The notes: generated by a model not told the origin, from the letters alone. A stretch of 64,000 nucleotides of DNA from Chitinophaga pinensis (GCA_945870105.1 CAMBRL010000002.1:4246-68245); one strand, 5' to 3'. Shown: positions 55,705 through 64,000, numbered from the stretch's first letter. Program-made: numbers and translations.

Positions 55705-56766
55705 ATGCCTGAAATAGCTGAAAAGAAAGACATACGTGCGGTTTCGCTGGAAGAAATCAAAACCTTTTTGTCGGAAAACGGAGAAAAACCTTTCCGCGCA
55801 AAACAGGTTTATGAGTGGTTGTGGCAGAAATCAGTTCGCTCGTTTGACGATATGAGTAATTTGTCAATTGCGCTGCGCGGATTGCTGAAAGAAAACTTTG
55901 AAATCAATGCAGCTGAGATAGATTTGATGCAGATAAGCAACGACCGCACCATAAAAACTGCTTTTAAGTTATTTGACGGCAAGGTGGTGGAAGGTGTTTT
56001 AATTCCTACCACTTCGCGTATGACGGCCTGCATTTCTTCACAGGTTGGCTGCAGCTTAACATGTAAGTTTTGCGCGACAGGAAAATTAGAACGCCTGCGC
56101 AACCTCAATGCTGACGAGATTTACGACCAGGTGGCACAACTGCGAAATCTTGCGATAGACAAATACGAAATACCGCTTTCGAACATTGTGTATATGGGCA
56201 TGGGCGAACCATTGCTGAACTATGCCAATGTTCTGAAATCTATTGAGCGCATTACTTCGCCTGACGGGCTAAATATTTCTCCGCAACGCATTACCGTTTC
56301 CACTGCCGGAATTGCCAAGATGATTAAGAAGCTGGCTGACGATGATGTAAAATTTAACCTTGCACTTTCACTGCATGCTGCCAATGATGAAAAGCGTAGC
56401 CAGATTATGCCCATCAATGATACCAATTCATTAGAAGTATTGGCTGAAGCGCTGCAATATTTTTACGAAAAAACAGGAACTCGACCGACTTTTGAATACA
56501 TCATTTTAAAAGATTTTAACGATAAAGTTGAAGATGCACGTGAGTTGGCTGAGTTTTGCAAACTTGTTCCCTGTAAGGTGAATGTGATTGAATACAATGC
56601 TATTGAAGACGGTGAGTTTCAGAAAGCGGATGAGCGTAACATTAAAGAGTTCTGCAATTATTTAGAGAACAGAAATATTATTGTAAACGTGCGCAGAAGT
56701 CGCGGTAAAGACATTGATGCTGCCTGCGGGCAACTGGCAAATAAAAAAGAAAATAAAACTGTATAA
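55705..56766 (+). CDS. rlmN: 23S rRNA/tRNA (adenine-C2)-methyltransferase RlmN (radical SAM)
   Basis: FRAKQVYEWLW, radical-SAM CSLTCKFCATG, ..IDAACGQL. Confidence 0.95.
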   Translation: MPEIAEKKDIRAVSLEEIKTFLSENGEKPFRAKQVYEWLWQKSVRSFDDMSNLSIALRGLLKENFEINAAEIDLMQISNDRTIKTAFKLFDGKVVEGVLIPTTSRMTACISSQVGCSLTCKFCATGKLERLRNLNADEIYDQVAQLRNLAIDKYEIPLSNIVYMGMGEPLLNYANVLKSIERITSPDGLNISPQRITVSTAGIAKMIKKLADDDVKFNLALSLHAANDEKRSQIMPINDTNSLEVLAEALQYFYEKTGTRPTFEYIILKDFNDKVEDARELAEFCKLVPCKVNVIEYNAIEDGEFQKADERNIKEFCNYLENRNIIVNVRRSRGKDIDAACGQLANKKENKTV

Positions 56767-56790
56767 TTGGCGTTTGAATAGTATGAACTT

Positions 56791-56880
56791 TAACCGCAAA
56801 GAACGCGAAGTCTTTCGCAAAGAAAACAGCCAAGAGAATACAAACTCTTTGCGGGCTTTCCTTTGTGCCCTTTGCGGTAA
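56791..56880. repeat. Family F3 MITE-like element (~90 bp; termini TAACCGCAAAG ... CTTTGCGGTAA)
   Basis: Collinear with 63078..63173, sharing ...AACGCgAAG..TTTCGCAAAG... and CTTTGCGGGCTTTCCTTTG.GC.CTTTGCGGT. Confidence 0.75.
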
Positions 56881-57064
56881 AATTTTCTTATTGCTGGCTC
56901 TCGCAATTATTACAACTTCCTGCTCCCGAAAGCGCGCACCAAGCAAAGGTTGCGATTGTCCGCATGGAATGTTAAAAGAGAAAAACCTACCTGAACCTGC
57001 CGCTGCCATATACCTTAAAAGCGGTAGCAAGCCCTCCTGATTTTTTGGGTATTTTCGCGCTCCC

Positions 57065-57126
57065 CGTCATGCTGAAGTTGTTTCAGCATCCTATGAAGAG
57101 ACCCTGAAACAAGTTCAGTGTGACGG
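57065..57126. repeat. Family F1 composite double-hairpin element
   Basis: CGTCATGCTGAAGTTGTTTCAGCATC..CCCTGAAACAAGTTCAGTGTGACG, immediately upstream of feoA. Confidence 0.8.
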
Positions 57127-57137
57127 ACAAGACAAAC

Positions 57138-57368
57138 ATGAAACTCTCCGAACTTAAACCGGGCCAAACTGCCATTATAAAAGATTTCAGCGATGATGAT
57201 CTATCGCTGCGCTTTTTAGAAATGGGGTGTGTTCCCGGTGAAGAAATTTTACTGGAGCGCATTGCTCCATTGGGAGACCCGATTGCTATCCGGGTTTCGG
57301 GTTATTCGCTTTGTTTAAGATTTTCAGAAGCAGAGAGCATTTTAATTTCTACAACAGAAAATAAATAA
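57138..57368 (+). CDS. feoA: Ferrous iron transport protein A (FeoA family)
   Basis: MKLSELKPGQTAIIKDF...LRFLEMGCVPGEEI. ATG 57138 preferred because the GTG at 57120 lies inside the repeat. Confidence 0.85.
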   Translation: MKLSELKPGQTAIIKDFSDDDLSLRFLEMGCVPGEEILLERIAPLGDPIAIRVSGYSLCLRFSEAESILISTTENK

Positions 57369-57369
57369 A

Positions 57370-59337
57370 GTGGCTGCTGAGAAAACCTTAAAAGTTGCCC
57401 TTGCCGGAAATCCCAACAGCGGGAAAAGCACTCTGTTCAATATTCTCACGGGCCTTAATCAGAAGATCGGGAATTTTCCGGGTGTTACGGTTGACAAAAA
57501 ATCGGGCTTTGCGAAAATCAAAAACATAGCTGTTGAGTTTATTGATTTCCCGGGTTCTTACAGCCTTAATGCACTTTCGGAAGATGAAAAAGTTTTACCC
57601 GATGTGCTGCACGACAAAAATAATTCGGTGCATCCCTATGTAGTTTTATATGTTGCCGATGCTACCAATATCAGACGCAGTTTGTTTTTATGCACACAAA
57701 TTATGGACACCGGAATTCCGGTAATTCTGGTGCTGAACATGATTGACTTGCTGGAGAAAAGCGATGAAGCAATTGATGTTGCCAAACTTGCTGAAGAACT
57801 GGGAATAAAAATATTTGCCGTTACCGCCCGCGATGCAAAAGGAATTGAAGAACTGAAGCTTGCATTGATTGAACCGCTTGAACTTCCGAAGAAAAAAATT
57901 CTCAGTGAAGAAACTAACGAACCCGATAAAGCCAAAAAACAGCGCACCGAAACTATTCAACGTTACAAAGCAATTGGAGAAATTCTGAAAAAGACAGTTG
58001 CCAAAAAAGAAAGCGGAGTCGGTTCATCTGTCACCAAAAAAATAGATGATATTCTTACGCACCGCATTTATGGCTTCCTGATTTTTTTCGCGGTGTTGTT
58101 TTTGGTTTTTCAATCCATTTTTTCGTGGTCGGCTTACCCGATGGAATTGATTGAACAGCTTTTTTCAGCAGGTGAAGAATTTTTATTGAACCACCTTCCC
58201 GCAGGAATGCTGACCAAATTATTGGTAAACGGAATTCTTGCCGGCATCAGTGGTGTGGTGGTTTTTATTCCGCAGATAGCGTTGTTGTTTGCCTTTATCG
58301 GCATATTGGAAGACACTGGCTACATGGCGCGTGTTAGTTTTATCACCGACCGTTTACTTCGCAAATTTGGATTGAACGGGCGCTCTGTTATTCCGCTCAT
58401 AAGCGGTGTTGCCTGTGCCGTTCCTGCTATTATGGCAACGCGCACCATTCCCAATTGGAAGGAAAGAATTATCACGATTATGGTAACGCCACTGATGAGT
58501 TGCTCGGCACGCTTACCTGTTTACACGCTGCTAATCTCATTGGTTGTTCCTTCTGAAAAAGTATTTGGTTTTTTAAATCTTCAAGGAGTTATTTTGATGG
58601 CACTTTACATGATTGGTTTTATAGCCGCCATACTTACAGCACTGCTGATGAAGTTTATTATCAAAGCACGCGAACGTAGTTTCTTCATTATGGAATTACC
58701 GGTGTATCGCGCACCGCGCTGGAGCTCGGTGGGGTTGGGAATTCTGGAAAAAGTAAAAGTATTTGTGTTTGAGGCGGGGAAAGTAATTGTTGCTATTTCC
58801 ATTGTGCTGTGGGTACTTTCGTCACATGCTCCGGGCGATCGATTTCAGAAAATTGAAGAACATTTCCGCCCTCTCGAATTTTCACAACAACATTCACCCG
58901 AAGAACTGGAAAAACTGATTGCTACTGAAAAGTTAGAACAGAGTTATGCAGGCATCATGGGTCATGCTATGGAGCCTGTTATCCGTCCGCTGGGGTTTGA
59001 TTGGAAAATAGGAATTGCGTTGGTTACTTCCTTTGCCGCCCGCGAAGTATTTGTAGGAACCATGGCCACCATTTACAGCGTGGGCGATGAAAACAATACT
59101 ATGTCTATCCGCGAAAAAATGCAGGCAGAAATAAATCCCGAAACGGGAGAAAAACGCTACTCAACCGCAGTAGCTTTTTCGCTGATGATATTTTATGCTT
59201 TTGCCATGCAGTGCATGAGCACCATTGCCATTGTTTACAGCGAAACCAAAAGCTGGAAATGGCCAGCTCTGCAGTTTGCATACATGAGTTTCCTTGCCTA
59301 CTTTTCGGCACTGGTGGTTTACCAGTTGATGAAATAA
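57370..59337 (+). CDS. feoB: Ferrous iron transporter FeoB
   Basis: G-domain VALAGNPNSGKSTLFN, DFPGSYSL, plus a polytopic membrane domain; GTG start. Confidence 0.96.
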   Translation: MAAEKTLKVALAGNPNSGKSTLFNILTGLNQKIGNFPGVTVDKKSGFAKIKNIAVEFIDFPGSYSLNALSEDEKVLPDVLHDKNNSVHPYVVLYVADATNIRRSLFLCTQIMDTGIPVILVLNMIDLLEKSDEAIDVAKLAEELGIKIFAVTARDAKGIEELKLALIEPLELPKKKILSEETNEPDKAKKQRTETIQRYKAIGEILKKTVAKKESGVGSSVTKKIDDILTHRIYGFLIFFAVLFLVFQSIFSWSAYPMELIEQLFSAGEEFLLNHLPAGMLTKLLVNGILAGISGVVVFIPQIALLFAFIGILEDTGYMARVSFITDRLLRKFGLNGRSVIPLISGVACAVPAIMATRTIPNWKERIITIMVTPLMSCSARLPVYTLLISLVVPSEKVFGFLNLQGVILMALYMIGFIAAILTALLMKFIIKARERSFFIMELPVYRAPRWSSVGLGILEKVKVFVFEAGKVIVAISIVLWVLSSHAPGDRFQKIEEHFRPLEFSQQHSPEELEKLIATEKLEQSYAGIMGHAMEPVIRPLGFDWKIGIALVTSFAAREVFVGTMATIYSVGDENNTMSIREKMQAEINPETGEKRYSTAVAFSLMIFYAFAMQCMSTIAIVYSETKSWKWPALQFAYMSFLAYFSALVVYQLMK

Positions 59338-59340
59338 TTT

Positions 59341-59404
59341 TACCACTAAGAACACAAGTTCACTGAGGCCCACTCAAACTTGTGAACTTAGTGGTCTTAG
59401 TGGT
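59341..59404. repeat. Family F4 element with long inverted arms (CCACTAAGAACACAAGTT ... AACTTGTGAACTTAGTGG)
   Basis: 18-nt arms with 2 mismatches, directly after the feoB stop. Possibly acts as a terminator. Confidence 0.7.
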
Positions 59405-59412
59405 TATTTTTG
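59405..59412 (+). promoter_or_regulatory. -7 box TATTTTTG, 4 nt upstream of the ATG at 59417
   Basis: Exact TAnnTTTG match. Confidence 0.5.
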
Positions 59413-59416
59413 CACC

Positions 59417-60037
59417 ATGCAAAAGCCCAAACGCACCGACCGCGAAATCATCGCCAAATACATTCCAGAGCAAACGGTGGATATGGTTTTGGTTTGGATT
59501 GAGCAGTACAAATTCCGGATGCGCATTAAGCGCAAACGCAATACCAAGCTGGGTGACTACCGTCCGCCATTTGACGGGCGCGGACATTTTATCACCATCA
59601 ACCACGACCTGAATAAATTTGCTTTTCTGATTACGCTGGTGCATGAAGTGGCCCACCTCACCAATTGGGACAAGAATAAAAATCGTGTAAAACCACATGG
59701 TGCCGAATGGAAAAAAGATTTTCAGGAGTTGATGTTGCCGCTGCTGAAGCAAAACATTTTCCCTGATGATGTGCACCATGCTATTGATAAATACATGCGT
59801 AACCCTGCGGCTTCCAGTTGTTCAGACCTGCACCTGATGCGGGTGTTGAAACGTTACGATACACACAATCATTCCGTACATCTGGAAGAATTGCCGCACG
59901 GAGCAACATTTAAAATCGCAAATGGTAAAGTTTTTATCAAAGGCGAAAAACAACGCACACGTTTTAAGTGTTTGGAAGCAGGAACCCGACATACTTATTT
60001 AGTAAGTGCACTGATGGAAGTTGAAGCAGTTGAATAA
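59417..60037 (+). CDS. SprT-like zinc metalloprotease-domain protein
   Basis: LITLVHEVAHL (HExxH) and KPHGAEWK, 206 aa. Confidence 0.8.
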   Translation: MQKPKRTDREIIAKYIPEQTVDMVLVWIEQYKFRMRIKRKRNTKLGDYRPPFDGRGHFITINHDLNKFAFLITLVHEVAHLTNWDKNKNRVKPHGAEWKKDFQELMLPLLKQNIFPDDVHHAIDKYMRNPAASSCSDLHLMRVLKRYDTHNHSVHLEELPHGATFKIANGKVFIKGEKQRTRFKCLEAGTRHTYLVSALMEVEAVE

Positions 60038-60098
60038 CGTCACCCTGAACTTGATTTAGGGTCTTATAATAAGATGCTGAAACAAGTTCAGCATGACG
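60038..60098. repeat. Family F1 composite double-hairpin element
   Basis: CGTCACCCTGAACTTGATTTAGGGTC..AGATGCTGAAACAAGTTCAGCATGACG. Confidence 0.8.
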
Positions 60099-60110
60099 AA
60101 TGGTAAATAC

Positions 60111-60118
60111 TACTTTTG
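60111..60118 (+). promoter_or_regulatory. -7 box TACTTTTG, 6 nt upstream of the mqnA ATG
   Basis: Exact TAnnTTTG match. Confidence 0.5.
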
Positions 60119-60124
60119 CGCCTG

Positions 60125-60886
60125 ATGGAAAAAATCCGCATCTCTGCTGTTTCTTATCTTAATTCGTTGCCTTTTGTTTATGGCCTCAATCATTCTGCGC
60201 TGAAAAATGAGTGCGACATTTCATTAGACATTCCTTCGGTGTGTGCCGAGAAATTAATCAGCGGAAAAGTAGATATTGGCCTTATTCCGGTGGCCGCTAT
60301 TTCACAAGTTACACATGCAAACATCATCAGTGATTATTGCATTGGTGCCAATGGAAAAGTAAGAACGGTTTGTCTCTTCAGCGAAGTTCCGCTCAACGAA
60401 ATAAAAACCATTTTGCTGGATTACCAAAGCCGCACTTCGGTGATGCTGGTAAAAATTCTTGCCAAAGAATACTGGAAAATAAATCCTGAATTTGTGAATG
60501 CAGAAGTGGGGTTTGAGCAGAACATTAAAGGAACAACTGCTGCGGTTGTTATTGGCGACCGCACGTTCTCCCTCTCCTTTGGAGAGGGTCGGGGTGAGGC
60601 TTTTGACCTTAGTGAAGAGTGGAAAAACTTCACCGGCCTGCCTTTTGTCTTTGCGTGCTGGGTGGCCAATAAAAATCTTCCTGCCAAATTTATTACCGAC
60701 TTTAACAACGCACTTAAAAACGGTTTGGATAATATTGACAAAACGCTGGAAGAATTTCCACCTTCTATTATCAGCAAAGCAGAAGCAAAAAAATACCTGA
60801 CCGAAAACATCAGCTATGAGTTGGACGAGGAGAAGAAAAGAGCAATGAAACTATTCATAGCCTTTGCTGATAAAAATCACTACTAG
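60125..60886 (+). CDS. mqnA: Chorismate dehydratase MqnA (futalosine menaquinone pathway)
   Basis: MEKIRISAVSYLNSLPFVYGL..., LLDYQSRTS, GLPFVFACWVAN. Confidence 0.9.
   Translation: MEKIRISAVSYLNSLPFVYGLNHSALKNECDISLDIPSVCAEKLISGKVDIGLIPVAAISQVTHANIISDYCIGANGKVRTVCLFSEVPLNEIKTILLDYQSRTSVMLVKILAKEYWKINPEFVNAEVGFEQNIKGTTAAVVIGDRTFSLSFGEGRGEAFDLSEEWKNFTGLPFVFACWVANKNLPAKFITDFNNALKNGLDNIDKTLEEFPPSIISKAEAKKYLTENISYELDEEKKRAMKLFIAFADKNHY
60568..60600. repeat. Family F5 hairpin-repeat-like sequence lying in frame inside mqnA (encodes SLSFGEGRGEA)
   Basis: CTCCCTCTCCTTTGGAGAGGGTCGGGGTGAGGC compared with the intergenic CTCTCCTCTCC..GGAGAGGGGTAAGGGGGTGAGGC at 11157..11199. Confidence 0.6.
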
Positions 60887-60933
60887 TTCTTAATATCTTA
60901 TTTACCTTAGCTACGGATTTAAAACACAACACC

Positions 60934-62523
60934 ATGAAATACTTCTTCGCACTACTGCTTACCGTTTACTGCTTACAGCCTGCGGCCTACGCTCAAACCG
61001 CCACAGCCGACAAACTGAAAATGACTGCTGCGCGCCTGAAATACAATGAAAAAGATTTCAACGGTGCGCTCCGTATTTACCGCGAAGAATTTGCAAAAGC
61101 TCCCGATGATGCCATGTTGAATTACCGCATGGGCGAGGCACATTTTGCACTGAAAGAATATGAACTGGCGCTTGAAAAATTCAATGCTGCCGAAAAAGCT
61201 AACAACGCGGTTGATATTGATCTATACCTGTTTCTGGGCAAAACAAATCAGGCACTTGCCAACTTAGACAAGGCTTTGGAGCAGTATGAAAAATACCGCG
61301 CACAGGATTTGAAGAAGCCTCAAATGGAAGAAATAAACACGCTTATCGCACAGGTGAAAACTGCACAGGAACTGTTGGCACGACCGGTGAATGTGGTTAT
61401 CAGCAATCCCGGAACGCCTATCAATTCTAAGTACAACGATTACCATCCATCACTGACTGCCGACCAAAAGGTGATGGTATTTACTTCGCGCAGAGGCGAG
61501 GGAAAAGTAGTGGGCGTAGATGTAAACGATCAGGGATTTTATGAAGATGTGTACATCACTTTTTGGAACGATACCATTCACGATTGGGTAGATGCGGTAA
61601 TGGCTCCGGGCGCTATCAATGGCGTTGAGCACGATGCCTGCCTCAGTATTTCGCCTGACGGAAAACAGATTTTTATGTACAAAAACGAGAACGGTGGCGA
61701 CATTTATGTTTCCAAGAAAAGCACTTCCGAGAAATGGAGCAGCGCCAAACCGATGGAAGGAATCAACTCAACGTATTGGGAAAGTTATGCCAGTCTGAGT
61801 GCTGACGGCAAACACCTTTATTTCTGCAGTGAGCGCAAAGGCGGACAGGGCAATGGCGATATCTGGGTATCAAAAAGAATAAGCAAAAACGAATGGGAAA
61901 AACCGGTGAACCTGGGCGAAATTGTAAACTCGGATGACGATGAGATAAGTGTGTTTGCACATCCTGATGGCAAAACACTTTTCTTCAGTTCAAAAGGACA
62001 CATGAACATGGGCGGCTACGATATTTTTAAGACTGTGAAAAACGAAAAAGGCGAATGGAGCCAACCCGAAAACATGGGCTACCCCATTAACTCACTGGGC
62101 GATGATATTGACTTTGTGCTGAACACCGAAACAGGTCGCGCCTACTTCAGCAGCATACGCCCCGATGGCGAGGGCGAGTTTGATATTTACGAAATTGACA
62201 TGAGCAACTACGGATTGAAAACGGGTGATGCAAAAGAAAAATCGAACCTCAGCATATTAAAAGGCGAAGTAATAAGTGCGCACGATGCAGCCAAACTTTC
62301 GGTTACCATAAAAATAACGAACAAAAACTCGGGCAAGGCAGAAACCGAAATTCAAAGTGATGAAGAAGGCAACTACTTTATTATGCTGCCCGGAAAAAAT
62401 GCTTACGAACTAACCGTGGAGCACGAGGGCTACAAACCTTATAAACTAAGTGTTGACCTTCCGCTGGGTGCGCACGAGGTGGCTACTACTATTAAGCCGA
62501 TTGTGTTGGAGAGGGCGCAGTAG
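60934..62523 (+). CDS. Secreted TPR plus PD40 (TolB-like beta-propeller) plus CarboxypepD_reg-like protein
   Basis: Signal peptide; TPR-like N-terminus; repeated ..D..P.(L/I)S.DGK.(L/I)(F/Y)F.S.R motifs; C-terminal beta-sandwich (GNYFIMLPGKNAYELTVEHEGYKP). Confidence 0.75.
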   Translation: MKYFFALLLTVYCLQPAAYAQTATADKLKMTAARLKYNEKDFNGALRIYREEFAKAPDDAMLNYRMGEAHFALKEYELALEKFNAAEKANNAVDIDLYLFLGKTNQALANLDKALEQYEKYRAQDLKKPQMEEINTLIAQVKTAQELLARPVNVVISNPGTPINSKYNDYHPSLTADQKVMVFTSRRGEGKVVGVDVNDQGFYEDVYITFWNDTIHDWVDAVMAPGAINGVEHDACLSISPDGKQIFMYKNENGGDIYVSKKSTSEKWSSAKPMEGINSTYWESYASLSADGKHLYFCSERKGGQGNGDIWVSKRISKNEWEKPVNLGEIVNSDDDEISVFAHPDGKTLFFSSKGHMNMGGYDIFKTVKNEKGEWSQPENMGYPINSLGDDIDFVLNTETGRAYFSSIRPDGEGEFDIYEIDMSNYGLKTGDAKEKSNLSILKGEVISAHDAAKLSVTIKITNKNSGKAETEIQSDEEGNYFIMLPGKNAYELTVEHEGYKPYKLSVDLPLGAHEVATTIKPIVLERAQ

Positions 62524-62527
62524 ATAA

Positions 62528-63052
62528 TTAATGCACCTGCTTCCACACCGCCCCATCCTTAAGCGAATCTAAGTAGGCTTCAAATTCTTTTAAAGCCGAG
62601 GGTGCCCCTGTTCCGTTCATAATTTCCTTGCGTTTGCCGTCTAAAATTATTGCCGTTTTTACCGAAGGAAAATCTGAAGCTGTTTTCGGGTACTGGTCTC
62701 TGAAACCGAAATAATTGATGTCGTTTACTTTTGTTTTTATTTCTTGCAGAGCAGCCGCGCTCAGGTGTGTTTCGTACAGACCAATTTTTTCTACAAAGCG
62801 CTTGCCTTCATACAGCGCATAGCCCGAGTTGTAAATTTTGAATTTATACATGGGGCATTGTCCGTAACAAGGGGTGCGCTCAAGGTAAACAAACAGCGAA
62901 TCCTGGGTTACAGCAGTGGCGGGAGCTACAACTGTTTCAGTTTTGGGTTCAGCAGTCGTGTAGTTATCGGGGTTGGTCTGAGTTGATTGTTTGGGTGTTT
63001 TGCAGGCAACTAAAACAGCACAAAAAGAAAGAGCTAAGAGTAATTTTTTCAC
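62528..63052 (-). CDS. Lipoprotein, hypothetical (possibly DUF6438-like)
   Basis: Lipobox AVLVACKTP; CYGQCPMYKFKIYNSG motif; GTG start. Confidence 0.65.
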   Translation of the reverse strand: MKKLLLALSFCAVLVACKTPKQSTQTNPDNYTTAEPKTETVVAPATAVTQDSLFVYLERTPCYGQCPMYKFKIYNSGYALYEGKRFVEKIGLYETHLSAAALQEIKTKVNDINYFGFRDQYPKTASDFPSVKTAIILDGKRKEIMNGTGAPSALKEFEAYLDSLKDGAVWKQVH

Positions 63053-63066
63053 GGAATATTTTTTGA

Positions 63067-63074
63067 CAAAAGTA
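63067..63074 (-). promoter_or_regulatory. -7 box TACTTTTG for CDS 62528..63052
   Basis: TAnnTTTG match 14 nt upstream of the GTG at 63052. Confidence 0.4.
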
Positions 63075-63077
63075 GAT

Positions 63078-63173
63078 TAACCGCAAAGAACGCAAAGATT
63101 TTTCGCAAAGAGGCGCAAAGGCAAAATCACTTAGCGGCCTTTGCGGGCTTTCCTTTCCGCACTTTGCGGTTAA
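63078..63173. repeat. Family F3 MITE-like element (TTAACCGCAAAG ... CTTTGCGGTTAA)
   Basis: See 56791..56880. Confidence 0.75.
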
Positions 63174-63176
63174 AAA

Positions 63177-63764
63177 TCATTGAAACGGCCGCTCAAACTT
63201 TTGCAGCTTGTTTTTAGAAGCCACATCTTTTAAGAATCTGCCCAGATTAATTTCCAATGTTAAGCGGTGCGAAAGATAATCTCCGAAATTCTCGCCAAAA
63301 AACCGTGCATACCTCACCGTAAACGATTTGCCGAATAGCCCGAAACGAAAACCTGCACTTACATTAGCTCCGTATTGCCAGCGCGTTCCCACCGACTGAA
63401 AGCTGTAACCGGCACCCGCAAAAACTCCCCACCATTTGCGGAAATCCCTGGTGGCAAAATGCCCGTAATTAATCTCGCCCATCAGGGGAATATCGCTGAA
63501 GAAAAACATATTGCCCAAAACCTTGGTGCGGAAATGTACTCCTGCCGTAATGGGCGAAACAAAGGCAACGCTGAAATTACCCCTTGGCTGCCACAGGTTA
63601 AACTGCGGGCTTATTCCAAAAGCATGAGCAGGAGAAACTTTGGTTCCCGTCTCCAGCAAATAAGCACTATAGCCGGTTGAAAATTTGAACCTCTTGCCTA
63701 TCTGGGCTTGCGAAGCTGAGGCGAACAACAGACTGAGCAGTAGTATAGAAAAAAGAGGACGCAT
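63177..63764 (-). CDS. Outer-membrane beta-barrel protein, hypothetical
   Basis: Trimmed to MRPLFSILLLSLLFASASQAQ (ATG 63764), with a beta-strand pattern. Confidence 0.7.
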   Translation of the reverse strand: MRPLFSILLLSLLFASASQAQIGKRFKFSTGYSAYLLETGTKVSPAHAFGISPQFNLWQPRGNFSVAFVSPITAGVHFRTKVLGNMFFFSDIPLMGEINYGHFATRDFRKWWGVFAGAGYSFQSVGTRWQYGANVSAGFRFGLFGKSFTVRYARFFGENFGDYLSHRLTLEINLGRFLKDVASKNKLQKFERPFQ

Positions 63765-63894
63765 TTGTAATCGTTTAGTTATGCCAAAGAAAAATGAGGT
63801 ATTTGTTGCAAGAATCAAAATTTTACTACTTTTAGCCGCCTCAGAATAATAACAATTACTTAACCAAACCATAAAATCAATAATTCAAACCACT

Positions 63895-64000
63895 ATGAAA
63901 AGACTGTTACAATTTTCATTGTTTTTCATTTTTGCAGGGCTGTTAAGCCTTAGCGTTTCTGCTCAGGAAAAAACAATCACGGGTAAAGTTACCGATAATA
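63895..64000 (+). CDS. Probable SusC/RagA-type TonB-dependent receptor, N-terminal fragment (continues past the window end)
   Basis: Own translation MKRLLQFSLFFIFAGLLSLSVSAQEKTITGKVTDN: a signal peptude-like start followed by the TITGKVTD opening of a carboxypeptidase-regulatory-like plug-preceding domain. Confidence 0.5.
   Translation, partial: MKRLLQFSLFFIFAGLLSLSVSAQEKTITGKVTDN

Noticed and set aside
56662-57030. 122-aa minus-strand ORF between rlmN and feoA.
   Set aside because: It runs antisense through the F3 repeat and the rlmN 3' end, and shows no recognisable features.
1-64000. Scan for tRNA, rRNA, transposase, integrase, prophage, cas, toxin-antitoxin or known defence genes.
   Set aside because: None recognised. 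Every long ORF has a housekeeping, envelope or T9SS-cargo explanation.

Overview
This is a 64-kb chromosomal segment that looks like a Bacteroidota genome outside Bacteroidales (Chitinophagia, Sphingobacteriia or Saprospiria-like). Evidence for that placement: many C-terminal T9SS sorting domains, SprB and SBBP repeats, a likely PorW/SprE gene, TAnnTTTG -7 promoter boxes, and the panC / short glgA-like / DUF4270 / glmS gene order. Most genes are ordinary housekeeping (pgk, ubiX, panCD, glmS, polA, rbfA, gcvH, pyrC, kup, metH behind a SAM-I riboswitch, rlmN, feoAB, mqnA). Between them sit about 8 T9SS cargo genes and several outer-membrane or lipoprotein genes. I saw no transposase, integrase, cas, toxin-antitoxin or recognisable defence genes, and no tRNA or rRNA. 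The unusual content is non-coding. (1) Three intergenic minisatellites with unrelated sequences all share an exact 21-bp period; one fills the gap between a stand-alone LuxR/GerE-type regulator and a hypothetical gene, and its units carry a CCAATTGG palindrome. (2) There are at least seven families of short palindromic interspersed repeats, and several copies lie in frame inside genes, in signal peptides, in mqnA and at the 5' end of a DUF695 gene. (3) In six genes the -7 box almost abuts the start codon, which suggests leaderless mRNAs. All family calls come from motif recognition by eye; no searches were run.
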